This document shows, piece by piece, positions 1 through 12,158 of a stretch of DNA of 64,000 nt. Below the pieces are notes generated by a model, which worked only from the letters and a program-made list of their open reading frames with translations, ran no database searches and was not told the DNA's origin. The translations under genes and the position numbers were made by a program. The number at the start of each line of letters is the position of its first letter. Position 1 is the first letter of the stretch. The DNA comes from Xylographa opegraphella (Eukaryota), in the NCBI GenBank assembly GCA_022813865.1, contig JALDZX010000050.1, positions 1 to 64,000 on the forward strand, given 5' to 3'.

Positions 1-980
1 GGGTAGGGTTTCGGCGCGGGGGTGTGCATTGGCATCGGGCCGTGCATTAACCCGGGAAAACTCCCTAGCTCAGCCGAGTCAACAAAGTCGTTTCCAACGC
101 GAACTGTGGGCTGAAAAGCTGTAATTGCAGCCTGTATCAGTCTTTCTGCTATTCGCCAAAACCGAATTCCGACTGGCTGAGCAGTGTTACAAACCGACCG
201 TGCCTTCAATGCTACACACCTACAGTTGATCCCGCAGGATCCTGCGCGTATGGAGATGTACTAGCTACAAGGATCGAGTGATGCAGGTCTGCTTCTGTGT
301 CAGCCTTGGTTACGCGCCCACTCATTGGGGGCTGGACAAATATGAAGATCCTGATCGTCCTACTTGATCTTGATGTTCAGCCGCAATAAGGCGCTCCTTT
401 CTGGCCCGCCTCATGCACTTGTAACTCAGATCTTTCCGAGAAAAGTGTAACTGTTCCGCTCGGCTCTCAGCTCGTGGGGAAATATGGCACGTATACGCGT
501 TTTGATGAACTCTACTTGTTGCTATGATATTATGCCCCGAAAGCGTTTGTTGTATCCTGTCCAGTACAACTCTTGTTGCCAAGTAATTGTACCCAGTGCG
601 TTGCAGTATGAAGTGATTCTGGATCAAGACTCTGTTTAACTAGGAATATTGAATAGTTGAGAATGACGAAGACGCTCAGTCGGAAATACCGAGCTTCTGA
701 TCGTCTAATAAAGCCCGGAAGATCATCTACACGAGGTTATCAACAACAGCGAACCGAAGCAGAATCGAGAAATGACGCCGGTGGAGAAGAGACCAGAAGC
801 TGGGAGCTCCAGTAACGAACCGAACTTCAACCGGTTGGTGGGAAGACCTTTCGTAGGATCAGAACGAATAGGAAAGCACGGTCATACAGTGGAAAACATT
901 TATCACTTCGATATCAAATGCAAGAACACCATTTACACCCCAACCAAGAAAACATGCCCAACACAACGAAACCCCCCCGG

Positions 981-1277
981 TTACTCCCCTCTACCTTCCA
1001 CCCGCCCTTCAAACCGTCCCCCTCCACCTCCCACCAACCTACCACCATCCCACTCCTCAGTTGCCACCTGCCCACCACCCTCATTCCCATTCATCCTCCG
1101 CTTCCCACGCTCCATGCGTCTCCTCGCATTAGCACACTGCGGGCATTCGCTATTAATAATAGTCTCGAAACTGTACGTCATGTAGCAGTCCCTGGTGCCG
1201 ATGAATTCGCATTCGGTCACGTCAGTACGCTTGACTTTCGCACAGCAGCCGTAGATGATCTGGTGGGCGTTGCACAT
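981..1277 (-). CDS. Small Cys-rich hypothetical protein (98 aa)
   Basis: ATG at 1277 opens MCNAHQIIYGCC...ECPQCANARRR, with an N-terminal MC-x-Y-GC pattern and a later CxxC, followed by a G/E/R-rich tail. No known family recognised. Confidence 0.4.
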   Translation of the reverse strand: MCNAHQIIYGCCAKVKRTDVTECEFIGTRDCYMTYSFETIINSECPQCANARRRMERGKRRMNGNEGGGQVATEEWDGGRLVGGGGGRFEGRVEGRGE

Positions 1278-1773
1278 CTCGTGGGCCGTGGGATGTTGTG
1301 GTGATGGTTTTGCGAGCTTTGCAGACGAAGTGGAGGGCGGAGGACGGTGTGGGATGGAGTACTTGGTGTGGGATGATTGGCGTGGGATCTGAAAGAAGTA
1401 GACCCAAGGAAGATCCGAAGCCTGGCAAAGGAGTCTAGGACCGGGAAGACCCGAGACTGGTCGAGAAGAACGGCGGATGTGACAGACGGAGTGTTTGTGC
1501 GCGGATAAAGACGTAGACAATGCTTGCTTGCTTGCTGAAGCCGTCAAAGGATGTCAACAATGCTATTGCAGGTGTACAGATAAAAAAAGATGACGGATTG
1601 TGGATAGGATGGTATAGAACAGTCCAGTATGCAAGTCGTTTCTAATCCATAAAGCATATACACCGCCGCCACAATGGTGGAATGCCCACGTCCACCCTGG
1701 TAGTACCTCATAGCCAACACAAAAACGCCGCGCTCAATCGCTAGCCGCATATATACGAAAAAAACCGAGGATA

Positions 1774-4700
1774 TCATCTCAGATCAGCAGGCGTCAAAGC
1801 CTGCACCACACTCGTCCCCTCGCTGAACCTGGTCCTAAATATCCGATTGGCGTTCTGAAACATGCCATCTTTCAAGCTAACCACTATGAACTGAGAACCT
1901 TTGAACCTGGTCTTGATGAGGCGACCGATGTTCTGAGTATGGGATAGGTCCAGAGCGGCATCCACCTCGTCTAGAATATACATGGGAGCTGGTTTGAACT
2001 GGAGGAGGGCCATGATGAGGGACAGGGCAATGAGTGATCTTGAATGCGGAGATTAGCATGCAAATAACCGTGAATAAGGGTTTCTCGGCATACCTTTGAC
2101 CACCACTGAGTTCGTTCAAGCTCTGCTTCCACACCTTCCCTAAGCTGACCTTCACCTCCAGTCCGTCAGAGATCTGTTTGCCTTCTGGAGGGTCTAGCTT
2201 AGCAAAGCTGCCCGGCAGAAGCTCCGCGAAGATCTGGCCAAAGTCACCGTTGACTTTGGTCCACGTTTTCCGCAAGGCTTCCTTCTTGTACTCATCGAGA
2301 GTGCTGATCGTCTCTTCAATCTTCCGCTTATCCCGGATAACAGTCTTCATCATATTTTTCAGAGCGACCTCCTTCTTTTCCACACTGTCAATCATGTTCA
2401 TGACTTTGGGGTTGATCTTCTTCTTCATCCCCTGGAACCGTTCGGTGAGGTTGCGAAGCGACGCTTTACTTTCTGCGATATTCTGGCCTTTGAAGTCATA
2501 CGGAGTGTTATTTCGACCGAAGCTTTCCTTCTCATCCGCAATCCAATCGTGCTCCTTCTCTAACTGTGAAAGAAACTGGTGAGCGACCTGCTGTTCCTTA
2601 TGGAACTTTTCAATCTGATGTCCCAGCTTTTGTTGTTCGAGGCCTTCCTCGGTGATACGGGAGGCTTTCGATTTTGAAGTTTGTTCTAAAGCTCTTAACT
2701 CCTCATCGAAGCCTGTCAATTTAGCTCTTTCGTCGTCGAGATGTGCTTGTGCAATGTCGTGGGCATCCTATACATAACGTCAAAACGGGAGAGCTCTACA
2801 GGATCATATGGCTCACTTTGATTGTAGTTTGCTCTTTTTCTAGGCTTTGAATCTCCTCATTCTGTTCTTTCACGGTAGCTTCCACTTCGGATAACTGTTC
2901 TTGCGCAGCTCCTAGATCCCCCCCTGACTGTTCCGCCTCCAGCCGTGCTTCTTGGAGGTCTTTCTGCAATGTTTTCACAGCCACCGAATCCTTGATCTGA
3001 CTCTTCTTGATGCGATCTAGGGATGATTGTAACTCTGCTAACTTGCTATCTTTGTTGTTGTTGAAGTCGTTTATGTCTTTTTCGATACGCTTGATGTCTT
3101 TCGTGGCCTCCGCATACCGCAGCTTGGCATCCGCAATATCTTTCCTCAATTGATCGATATTGACTTTCATTTCTTCGACTGCTTGAATTATCTGAAAATG
3201 GTCAGTTATGCTTTTCAGTGAAATGGAAATACCTACCGAAGAAGAGGAATTTCCTCCGATTTGCTCCTCAGTGAGCTTGATCTCATGGCTTTTTAGGTCT
3301 AGCTCTTGTTTGATATCTCGCACCGAATCTATCTTCTTCTTTTCTTTGGCCTTGAGTGATTGCAATTCTTGCAGAGAGGCCTCCTGCACAGCTAGCTCTT
3401 TGTTCAAAGCATTCAATTTCTGCAAGGTCACCAAAACTCCGCTTGAATTAGGTGAGCTCCCGCCGGACAGTGTCCCTGACGGATCATACACATCTCCTTC
3501 CAGTGTAACACTCTTCATCCGCACCGCCGGATCGAAGGTCACCCTCTTGGCCGTCTCTGCGTCTTCACATACCAAAGTGGATCCAAAGACATATTCCATT
3601 GCAGCCGAGACTTCGTCCTCGTATCCTATCAGAGACAATGCAAGGTCCACTTTTCCAGGTGCCAACCTCTGTGCGGCGCCGATCTTCTCTGCTGATGCAC
3701 GAAATGCGGAGATCTTGTTCAGAGGAATAATTGTAACACGCTTTTTCAGCTTACCGTTTTGGAGTAGCTCAGTGCCAGTTTCTGCAGTATCTACAACAAC
3801 ATTGTATAGTCGTCCGCCCGCACAAATTTCCAGTGCTGTTCCAGCTTGCGTCTTTTCTGCATCCAATGTGAATAATTGTGCGACCAGTCCCTTGACACGA
3901 GATCTGTCAAAGCCGGGAGAAGGATCATTGTAGCTGAAGTCGATGTTGGCGACTTTTCGCTTCAGAGCATCAGCCTGCTCCTTAAGAGCTCGCACTTGTC
4001 GTTGCAATGAAGCCTCGCGCTGATTCATCTCATCCTCCCTACCAGGTTCGAAACCGAGCTTGGCAAGCTCAGTCTCGAGCTTTTTGGCCTGTGCTCGTAA
4101 TGACTCAAGGTCACGAAGGAGCCCGGAATTTTGATCTTTAGCCTTCTTAGCACGCGGTTCGTCTTCCTTGATGCGCTTTTCAAGATGGGAAATCTTGAGT
4201 TTAGCCTGCTCTTGCTCTGTTGTTGCAGCACTTGCTCTATTTCTTGCATCTTGTAATTGACCTTGATAGCCATTCTCCTGGCCTTCTCTCGACGCTACAC
4301 CAGTTTGAAGGGTCTGCAGCAATTCTTCCTTTTGCTCGACTTCTGCTAACTGCTTGTCATACTGCGCTCTTGCTGTGTCATATTGTGCTTGTACTTTTTC
4401 ATAGAGCTTACTCTTCTCTTTCATCTGAACCTCTAACTCTCCAACAGACTTCTGTATTGTCTTCTTTCTGTCTTGCTCTTCAACCAGACTGGACCTTTTC
4501 AAATCCATCACTGTTGCCAATCTAACCATCTCGTGGGATTGCGCCTTGACCTCATCTTCAAGTGCTTGAAATTTCCCGCCTTTGCGAAGTTCTTTCTCCC
4601 TAACAGCCTTTACCCTCCTGATGTCTTCTTCAAGATGTGCGATCTCATTCTTCAGCCTCTTCGCGCCGTTTTCGATATCCTTCGCTCGCTGTTTCTTGGC

Positions 4701-5528
4701 CTCCAAGTCACCAGCAGATTGTTTCAGCTTTTCCTTGCTCTTCACGTAATCGTGCGCAACCACCAGTCGCGTCAGTCGCTCCAGATCGCTTTGGGTCTGT
4801 TGAAAGTCCAGAAACGCTCTTTTCTCCATTCGCAATTTCTCCAACTTCGGCTCTATTTCCTCTTTTAATAGTTCCGTAATCTCCTGCACCTTCATTTCTT
4901 TTTTTGCCATTGTCTTAAATGCTTTGTCCCTACGATCCTCAAACATCCGTGTCCCGGCCGCTTCCTCAATCATTGCTAGTATTTCGACAGGCTTCATGTT
5001 TAAGACCTTCGTGATACGACCTTGCATTATGAGGAAATTCGGATTGTTGATGTTGAGCTGAACTGACTGGAAGAGGTTTTGTACTGTCTGTTGCTGTGCT
5101 CGGTGGCCATTGATAAGGTATTTGCTCGTCCCCCCTAGCACTATTTGCCTCGTAACAGAGATTTGGGCGTATTCTTCGAACCCGATTGGGGATTTGGCTT
5201 TGTCACGGTTGTCGAAGACAATAGTCACGCTGGCTTTCGTCACGCCTGCTTGCCCACGCTTGTAGATAAGGTCCTACAATGACCAGTCAGCACGGTAGGC
5301 TTAATACTCAACGTAAGGGAAAGTGTACGCCATGCATACCTGTAAGTTCGCCGCCCTCACAGTGCTCATGTTGGTAATTCCCAGTACGAAACATATTGAA
5401 TCCAGGATGTTGGACTTGCCGCTACCGTTCAGACCTGTGATGGAATTGAAGCTCTCATCCCAGCCACTGATCACAGTGCGCATGGCATAGGACTTGAACC
5501 CGTCAATCACAACTTCCACTACCCTCAT
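1774..5528 (-). CDS. SMC2: Condensin subunit SMC2, 5 exons (introns 5274-5339, 3192-3236, 2768-2816, 2039-2093)
   Basis: Walker [10 protein letters not shown], coiled coils, hinge, LSGGQRSL signature and Walker [12 protein letters not shown]. The GT..AG introns join the ORF-track fragments in frame. Confidence 0.97.
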
Positions 5529-6158
5529 GTTTGGTGATGGAGACGCTGTTGTCGCAAACAGTGTGGAGCAACGCGACGGTGATGTTTACTTTGCTCGGGA
5601 ACGCTTGCAAGGGTCTTGAGAGTGGCGAGCGTGAACCTTCAAGTTTCCTAGCGCATTAGACACTATACTTTTGTACTGGAATACTGGGACAGAAAAGATC
5701 CAATGGAGGCCAATGATCAATTATCCGTATACGATAGTATCAAAGCAACAAGCCAGATCTAGCGCACACAACAGCAGCCGTCTTTCCAAATTCTGTGTCA
5801 TGCCTTTGTCTCGTCTACCTAATCCAGACTAGGTAGATACCTCATGCTATCCGTGACAACGATTACCTTGATGGTTTCACCTACAGCATCGGAGCGGCAC
5901 AATTTTAGTATCACTCTATACATCATTGCCATTTCCAATTCATCCTCACTTGTTTCCTCTCCAAAATCCTCAATAATGTCGATTGGCATCGTCCTCCCCT
6001 GGCACGATTAGGGTGTTTGTTTGAGCCTCCCAAAATTGCTTTTAATTGCGGGGTGAAATAATACAAGACACTTGGAAACAAGTAGGGCCTTCGGCACAAA
6101 CGTAAAGAGCCTCACCAGGTGCGACATACATATGACCGGGTTCTTCATGACACTAGTT

Positions 6159-6945
6159 TTATGAAACAGTGTCATTGAACTCTTTGGCACCCTTAAAGTC
6201 GGAGTCAACCATAAAGATTTTATTGGTTTCCAACTTTTTTTGTATCACGCCCACTATAGCAGGCCAAACATCTTGACTCTGCGGGCCGATCCGCTCGGCG
6301 AGCAGAGCCAACACAACTGACTTGGAGTCTGAATTTATGCACATGCAAGCTGCGGATTCCGCGAGATACCGCCGTAGGGGAGAGCTCTTGGGTGTGTGTT
6401 CAAACCCTTCCACGATCAACTGAGGGTGGACACAGCTTAGGGTATTGACGTGGAACAGAACGATACGGTCGATAATATGGTTCCTTAGTGAAGTTATGCA
6501 CCATTTGTCGGCCATATAGTAAAGACGGTGATATGGTGTTTCTGCTGCAAGAAAGCCGAAGCCTTTCATGCTCTCGATACAGCCATCTTCTCGGTCAAGA
6601 TTCCCCGGTATTTCCGGAAGGGAAGATCGATACAACCAATGGCAGAATAGCTCGACGGCTACTGGATCATCCATTTCTTCATTCAGATTGACGTAGTCGG
6701 CCTTTGACTCAACAAAAGGCCCTTCCAGAAGCTTCGAAAAGTACGGTACGGTGTCGCAAAGCAGTTTCTTGTGAACAACATAATGTTTCCGTTCCGGCCC
6801 AACGAATAAACTAATTGTTTCGGTACCCAAGACTCTAGATAACCCAATGTAAGAACAGCTGAGAGATATACCGGGTCAAGGAAACTGCTACCCACCCACC
6901 AAGCAGTTCTGAGTCTGCATTCAGTTCCCGGGGAGTCTCCGGCAT
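6159..6945 (-). CDS. BTB/POZ domain protein, probable intron 6835-6895
   Basis: ETISLFVGPERKHYVVHKKLLC..PYFSKLLEGPFVES..LFCHWLY..LYYMADKW is the fungal BTB pattern. ATG 6945 with GTGGGT donor and TAG acceptor (phase 2). Exon 1 is less certain than exon 2. Confidence 0.85.
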
Positions 6946-7806
6946 AGTGGAAGAATGGCTGATAGGTGTTGGCCCGTGACGTCTAGACAAGTTCCCGTCA
7001 GCTGAGGATCGGGACAGCTAGTTATCGAGTTCTAGAAATGACTTACCAGGGTACAATGTTGGCAGAACGTACACAAGAAGCCAGGCGGATGCTGAAATGC
7101 CCTTGTAGGACTCGTAAATACAGTACTTCACCGATCTGAGTTGGGTAGGCAAGTAATTTATGGACGACCTGTCAACACTGGGACTGGAGAGATCTGCGAT
7201 TGTTGTAAAAGCACCGATCCTCAGACGGAGAAAGTAGGCAAAAGAGAGGCTTGATGCGTCGCATATCAAAAAATTTTGTCAAAGAGCAAGAGTCTTGCCG
7301 TCATTCATAACACAGACAACTCCCGTGGCCAAACAGTGTGGTGTCAATGATGCAGACCAGCCTGCTCTGCGACGAATGAACCGAACCTTCTCACCCCATT
7401 CATCCCCAAGCGAAGCAAACTTGATTCGAATGCATTCCAAACTTCCACCGCGGTTTGCATCGTAAGGCGGAGGTCAGACACGCAGCTACATTACTAAGGG
7501 AAGTGTATTCAGCTTGAAGGCCGATGTGCAGCAGAACAAAGAAACGTCCATCGAAAAGTTTCGAATTTCATTAGGAAACAGAATTAGCGTGCTTCAAAAC
7601 ACGGTCAAGTGTAGAAGTCGTGCTAACTGACCGGAGGATCATTATTCATTGAACGGTATGCTACCAAGGAAATCTGATGACACCACTGTCGCTGCGTTGC
7701 ATCGCTACAACCTCCACGACCTCTGCAAGCTCCGGTTTCGCAATAGCTATTTGCAATCAACCCATATGCTGCAAATGCCGTTCCTCCGCAAACCATCCTC
7801 GTCTGG

Positions 7807-8559
7807 TCAGCACTTGGCGACATCGTGGTAGTCACTATCAGGCTTCTGGTCGGGATCGTCCTGGGATTTAATCACAAGCAGGAGCAGGATATTACGAAAT
7901 ATAACCCGCGCTACCTCTGGCTTAGCTTGGCCAAATACCTCATTCTTTTAAAAACCTTTTCCCTTGGAGCCTCCGACACTGAACGCACCAGTCTCCGTTA
8001 GGTATCGACGCAGTGGAGAATCTTCTGATGTGTTGGTGAAACCATTCACTATTAGATAGGGATGAATCAAGGTACAAGATTTCCTATGGAAATGTCGAAT
8101 CGTGTCGAGAGTGTCATTTCTCAGAAGGGGCGCACACTATTTCTCCGCGATGTAGTAAAGCTCATGGTATGCCATCAACGTAGCAAGAACGCCATTGATC
8201 TCAATGCTCTCCCAAGATGCTAGGTTTTTGTCCTCCATGGGAACAGCCGGAACTACACCTGTGTAAAGCCAATGGATGAACAGCTCGAACGCGGCCGGAC
8301 TTTCGTGGTCATCTGTCAAATGGACCGCTCCCGATTGCGCCTCATGAAACACTCCCTCAAACGTCTTCGAGAAAAATGGGACGGCATTGCAAACAAGGTC
8401 CTTGTGTATGGTGTATTGTTTTCGGATGGGGCCAACAAATATGCTCACGGTCTCTGTACCCAAGTTGCTGTGACTGTCATATTAGCTTGTGAGCTGCATG
8501 TGAACATGATGAATTGCATGCCGAGCAAGCTCTTTGCTTCGAGCTTCATTGGGAGACAT
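7807..8559 (-). pseudogene. BTB/POZ paralog with in-frame stops at 8137-8139 (TAG) and 7948-7950 (TAA); probable GC-AG intron 8468-8521
   Basis: Aligns by eye with the 6159-6945 gene on both sides of the TAG (LYYIAEK*CAPLLRNDTLD..HPYLIVNGFTNTSEDSPLRRYL vs LYYMADKWCITSLRNHIID..HPQLIVEGFEHTPKSSPLRRYL). Confidence 0.8.
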
Positions 8560-8934
8560 TGCGCCTTCGTCGATTTAGTTGTCCTGATGATGCTGATAAG
8601 GGAACTTTGAAGTCTGTGCTTCTTGGTACTGGACTCTAGATTGATATCGCGACGAGGATGAGGACGAAATGATATTAGCTCCCTGTAGTGAAAGCACCGC
8701 CGAGGTTCGAAGGTCCGAGTGAAAGCGTGCAGGACTTCTCTATCAGCTTTAACATGGAGACCATTGAGCAAACTCGATGACGAGCAGCGACCTAGTTATC
8801 GATTCTTCCTGTGAATGCTGCTCCTATCCCCAAATCCGCATAGGAGGAATGGCCAATACATCCACGACCTCAATCCACATCAGCGCACGTGAAAGTCCGC
8901 GCTACGTACCATATCATTTTCCCATCCGGGGGTA

Positions 8935-11529
8935 TCAGATTTCTCTGCACCACCTCGCCATCACCGAGCCCATCTCCAACCGACTCGCCCCAATCTCCTC
9001 CAAGCCCACATCCACTTTCCACAATCTCCCCGACCGACCCACCTCCGCCATCGCAGCACCTCCACCGGCCCCAAACACCGGCACCAGGAGGTCCAAAAGC
9101 TCCAATCTCTCCCAAGCACCCATTGCCACATCTCGGCCCCAGACCCGCGCGCTTCCGCCGATGGCGGCTGCGCCAGACGCGCTGCTCAGCATCTTCGCCC
9201 TGCTTGCGAGGCTGGTGTACTCGTCGTAAGCCATATTGAAATTGCAAGTGTCAGTGTCGAGGATGATGTCAAGTCTCGCTGCTGCGATGAGCAGAGCGAG
9301 CTCGAGTTCAGAAAGACCGGGGAGGATATGGAGCTTCGAATCGGGAGCGGGGAGTATGTTTGAGGTGAACTCAGCCGCCGTGGGTATGTTGTGAGGTGTC
9401 ATAGAAACAATGGGCAACAGGCAGGCAGACATGAACTCTGGGATAGATTTGGTATGGGCGTATATGCGACCGAGCACATGATTGATGGTCGGATCATCCG
9501 TCAGGAGGGACGTTATGTATTTACTCCATGCGGAATGCACCTCTGGAAACGATGGGCTTGTCCTTAGCTCTTTTTCTTCTGGTGTCTCCATCAGGCCAGA
9601 GTCCATTTCGAAATCATCCCACAACAGTGCAGATTTGCATATATCTTGAAAAGCATTGAAAGATTTGGACAATGAGAGATAAACGTAACGATGGCTAAAT
9701 CGGCTCTTGACCCTTTTCTCAAGGCTTTCAGCCACTAAGACTTTCGTAGTCAAGCCTAATACAGCAATGGGGGCCTTGCGAGACTGCGCAATGTCAAAGA
9801 GATTATATAGCAGGGTCTGCCGTGGATGGGAGGTGAAAAGATCAAATTCGTCGATGATGAAAATTACTGATTTTGAAGTCTGGCCTTCCTCTGTAGTTGC
9901 ACCAGAGTGCTCGGTAGGATGGGATAGCAAGGCCAGGAGGGAAGTAAGTGTATCAGCATAATTGTTCTTGGCAGCCATCGTCTCATCGTCAACTTGCATC
10001 TGCTCACCGAGCTGCCGCCAAATTTCCTTAAGTGCCAACTTGTCATCTGTGTGGATGAAGCCGTTGAGTCTGACAACGTAAAAATCCTCCTGATGGCGGG
10101 TATCGGAAGATTGTGCCTGCAATATAGCACTTTCGACAAGTGCCGTCTTCCCGCTGCCTCGGGGGCCAATAACCATCATGGAGTTCCCTTCCCCTGCATT
10201 GATCGTTTGCTGTAAGAGCTGGTACACCTTCTGAAATTGATCTTCAAGCCCTACGAGTGGAAGACGCCGCTGTCCCGTAAGGCCGTCTAGAATACGTCTT
10301 TGGAGAAGCACGAATAACTGCTCCATATGGTCATTGTTCAGCACTGAAGTTAAGTGCTTGAGATGGTGTTCCGTCTTCTGGCCTTCTCCTGGGTTATGTT
10401 GAGGCTCTATTAAAGAAGCTGGGATCGTTCTGGCGCTCGCGCGAACCCTGGGGACCTTTGACGATATTGGCCGCTGGATTGCGGGCGTTGCCTTGCCAGA
10501 TAAAGCAAGTTCGTCTCTTCTGTATGGAGGCGGCCTCCTCAAGTCTGCTGTGTTAGGTAAATCTTTGAAGTGCATCTGTGTCTCTGTTTCTGGTGGATGT
10601 GAAGGAGAGGAGGCGGTCTTTGGAGGTCTCCCACGTCTACGACCTGGTGATTTGGTAGGAGTGGATGCAGCTTTCTTCGCCATCTGTATCTCTAGAAGTT
10701 GCCGTGTAGGCTTTCTTTGCCTTCCACTGGATCGGATCGGTGCTTCCGGTACTTCCACATCTAGGGATCTGTGTTCGTTATCTTCCATTACTACTATAGT
10801 ATCATACAGTTCGCTGTCCAGGTTCGAACCGAGTTCCTCACTCAAAGTTGTAAGTGTCTGATGTTCCTCTTCTGTGGTAACATTCCTGCTTTGCAATCTT
10901 CGTGGAGATGTATGATCATCTTGTGAAGACTCCGTAACCGTGATATTCAAGCTCTTAGTTCCGAGAGGTATTTCATTAAACGTAGCGCTATTTTGATCCG
11001 CATTTATAGGTCGATCTGTCCTATCTGGCGATATGCTAGCGCGTGCATCCATATGCATAACGGGTTTGTCCATCTTGGCTCGTGTCCGCCTTCTGTTTTT
11101 GTTTGGTGTTTCCTGCACTGTCTCGATCTCCTTTTCCCCAGCAATTGTCGGCTGGCTCCTGAGCTCATTGACCAGTGACGTTCGTCTCTTACGTATTTTA
11201 GACCCTCCCTGTGAAGCCATATCATCGCTCAGCTCTTCCTGAGTAGTCATCGACTGATAAGCCGAGTCCGCAAAAGCAACAACATCTCGTTCCTGAAACT
11301 CTGTCGAGCATTCCTCGGTTTCACCCAGGTCAGCAATCGACGATGTACCGTGTGAAGGAGTCTTCCTTTTCTTTGAGGAGCCATAAGTTATGAGGGGACG
11401 TGGAGATTTCCACGGTAGAGTTTGTGGATAAACAGCATTCCTGACCTTCTGCAGGAAACCAATTGGGCCAGATGCTTGTGGCGTCTCGTCTGTGGAGAGC
11501 TTCCGCCGCTTGGAAGACCTTGTAGACAT
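8935..11529 (-). CDS. ORC4: Origin recognition complex subunit 4 with long low-complexity N-terminal extension (864 aa)
   Basis: AAA+ Walker A GPRGSGKT, IFIIDEFDLF, RQTLLYNLFD, LEKRVKSRFSHR and C-terminal winged helix (NFNMAYDEY). AT-hook RRGRPPK in the extension. Confidence 0.95.
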   Translation of the reverse strand: MSTRSSKRRKLSTDETPQASGPIGFLQKVRNAVYPQTLPWKSPRPLITYGSSKKRKTPSHGTSSIADLGETEECSTEFQERDVVAFADSAYQSMTTQEELSDDMASQGGSKIRKRRTSLVNELRSQPTIAGEKEIETVQETPNKNRRRTRAKMDKPVMHMDARASISPDRTDRPINADQNSATFNEIPLGTKSLNITVTESSQDDHTSPRRLQSRNVTTEEEHQTLTTLSEELGSNLDSELYDTIVVMEDNEHRSLDVEVPEAPIRSSGRQRKPTRQLLEIQMAKKAASTPTKSPGRRRGRPPKTASSPSHPPETETQMHFKDLPNTADLRRPPPYRRDELALSGKATPAIQRPISSKVPRVRASARTIPASLIEPQHNPGEGQKTEHHLKHLTSVLNNDHMEQLFVLLQRRILDGLTGQRRLPLVGLEDQFQKVYQLLQQTINAGEGNSMMVIGPRGSGKTALVESAILQAQSSDTRHQEDFYVVRLNGFIHTDDKLALKEIWRQLGEQMQVDDETMAAKNNYADTLTSLLALLSHPTEHSGATTEEGQTSKSVIFIIDEFDLFTSHPRQTLLYNLFDIAQSRKAPIAVLGLTTKVLVAESLEKRVKSRFSHRYVYLSLSKSFNAFQDICKSALLWDDFEMDSGLMETPEEKELRTSPSFPEVHSAWSKYITSLLTDDPTINHVLGRIYAHTKSIPEFMSACLLPIVSMTPHNIPTAAEFTSNILPAPDSKLHILPGLSELELALLIAAARLDIILDTDTCNFNMAYDEYTSLASRAKMLSSASGAAAIGGSARVWGRDVAMGAWERLELLDLLVPVFGAGGGAAMAEVGRSGRLWKVDVGLEEIGASRLEMGSVMARWCREI

Positions 11530-12158
11530 AGCAGCTAAATGTAACTGTCTGGCTGTTGTAGAGGCATCTTCAATGGAGCATCAAATACTCGAATCATACG
11601 CAATTGCACTCAGATATCACGGTCCCGTCCGTCCTTGATCCGGCTGGATTATCGCGAACTCCCAATAAGGCTAGCATGATTCACGCGTAGTGCGGTACCA
11701 CTCTGCAATGTGCTTTATCGGCATTAAGTTACTCCGTATCCACTTAGTCCCATGTGGATCTCAACTCCTGCGGTCGTGATTTCTCTATGTGAATTGTTGC
11801 CGACATTCCCTAATCTAATAAGTATTCTTCTAGAGTGGTTCTGTTTGTCATTTCTTCGCAAACATATAAACGTATACTCCGCTTCATCTATGCTGTTAGG
11901 GTAGCCTGAAGGTAACACAGTCACTGTGAGATTCAAACAACAGAAAGAGGTTGAGAATAGCTGAATCTCATATTGAAAGTTCCTATTGTAATGTTACACT
12001 AGCTAAGGACAGCTATTCTCTCTTCGATCTACGCTCAAGCATGTTAAAGCTCTGTCAGGAGTTCCATTGACACCATCGTTCCAAATAGCCACAGAGGGAT
12101 TTCCTACCAGGAAATACCTATCCTCCCATATCATTTTTGGCTTTGGCGAGGATCAAAT

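Noticed and set aside
1774..5528. Apparent frameshifts or split genes in SMC2 (likewise ags1, PNS1 and the Zn2Cys6 gene)
   Set aside because: Canonical spliceosomal introns explain them fully.
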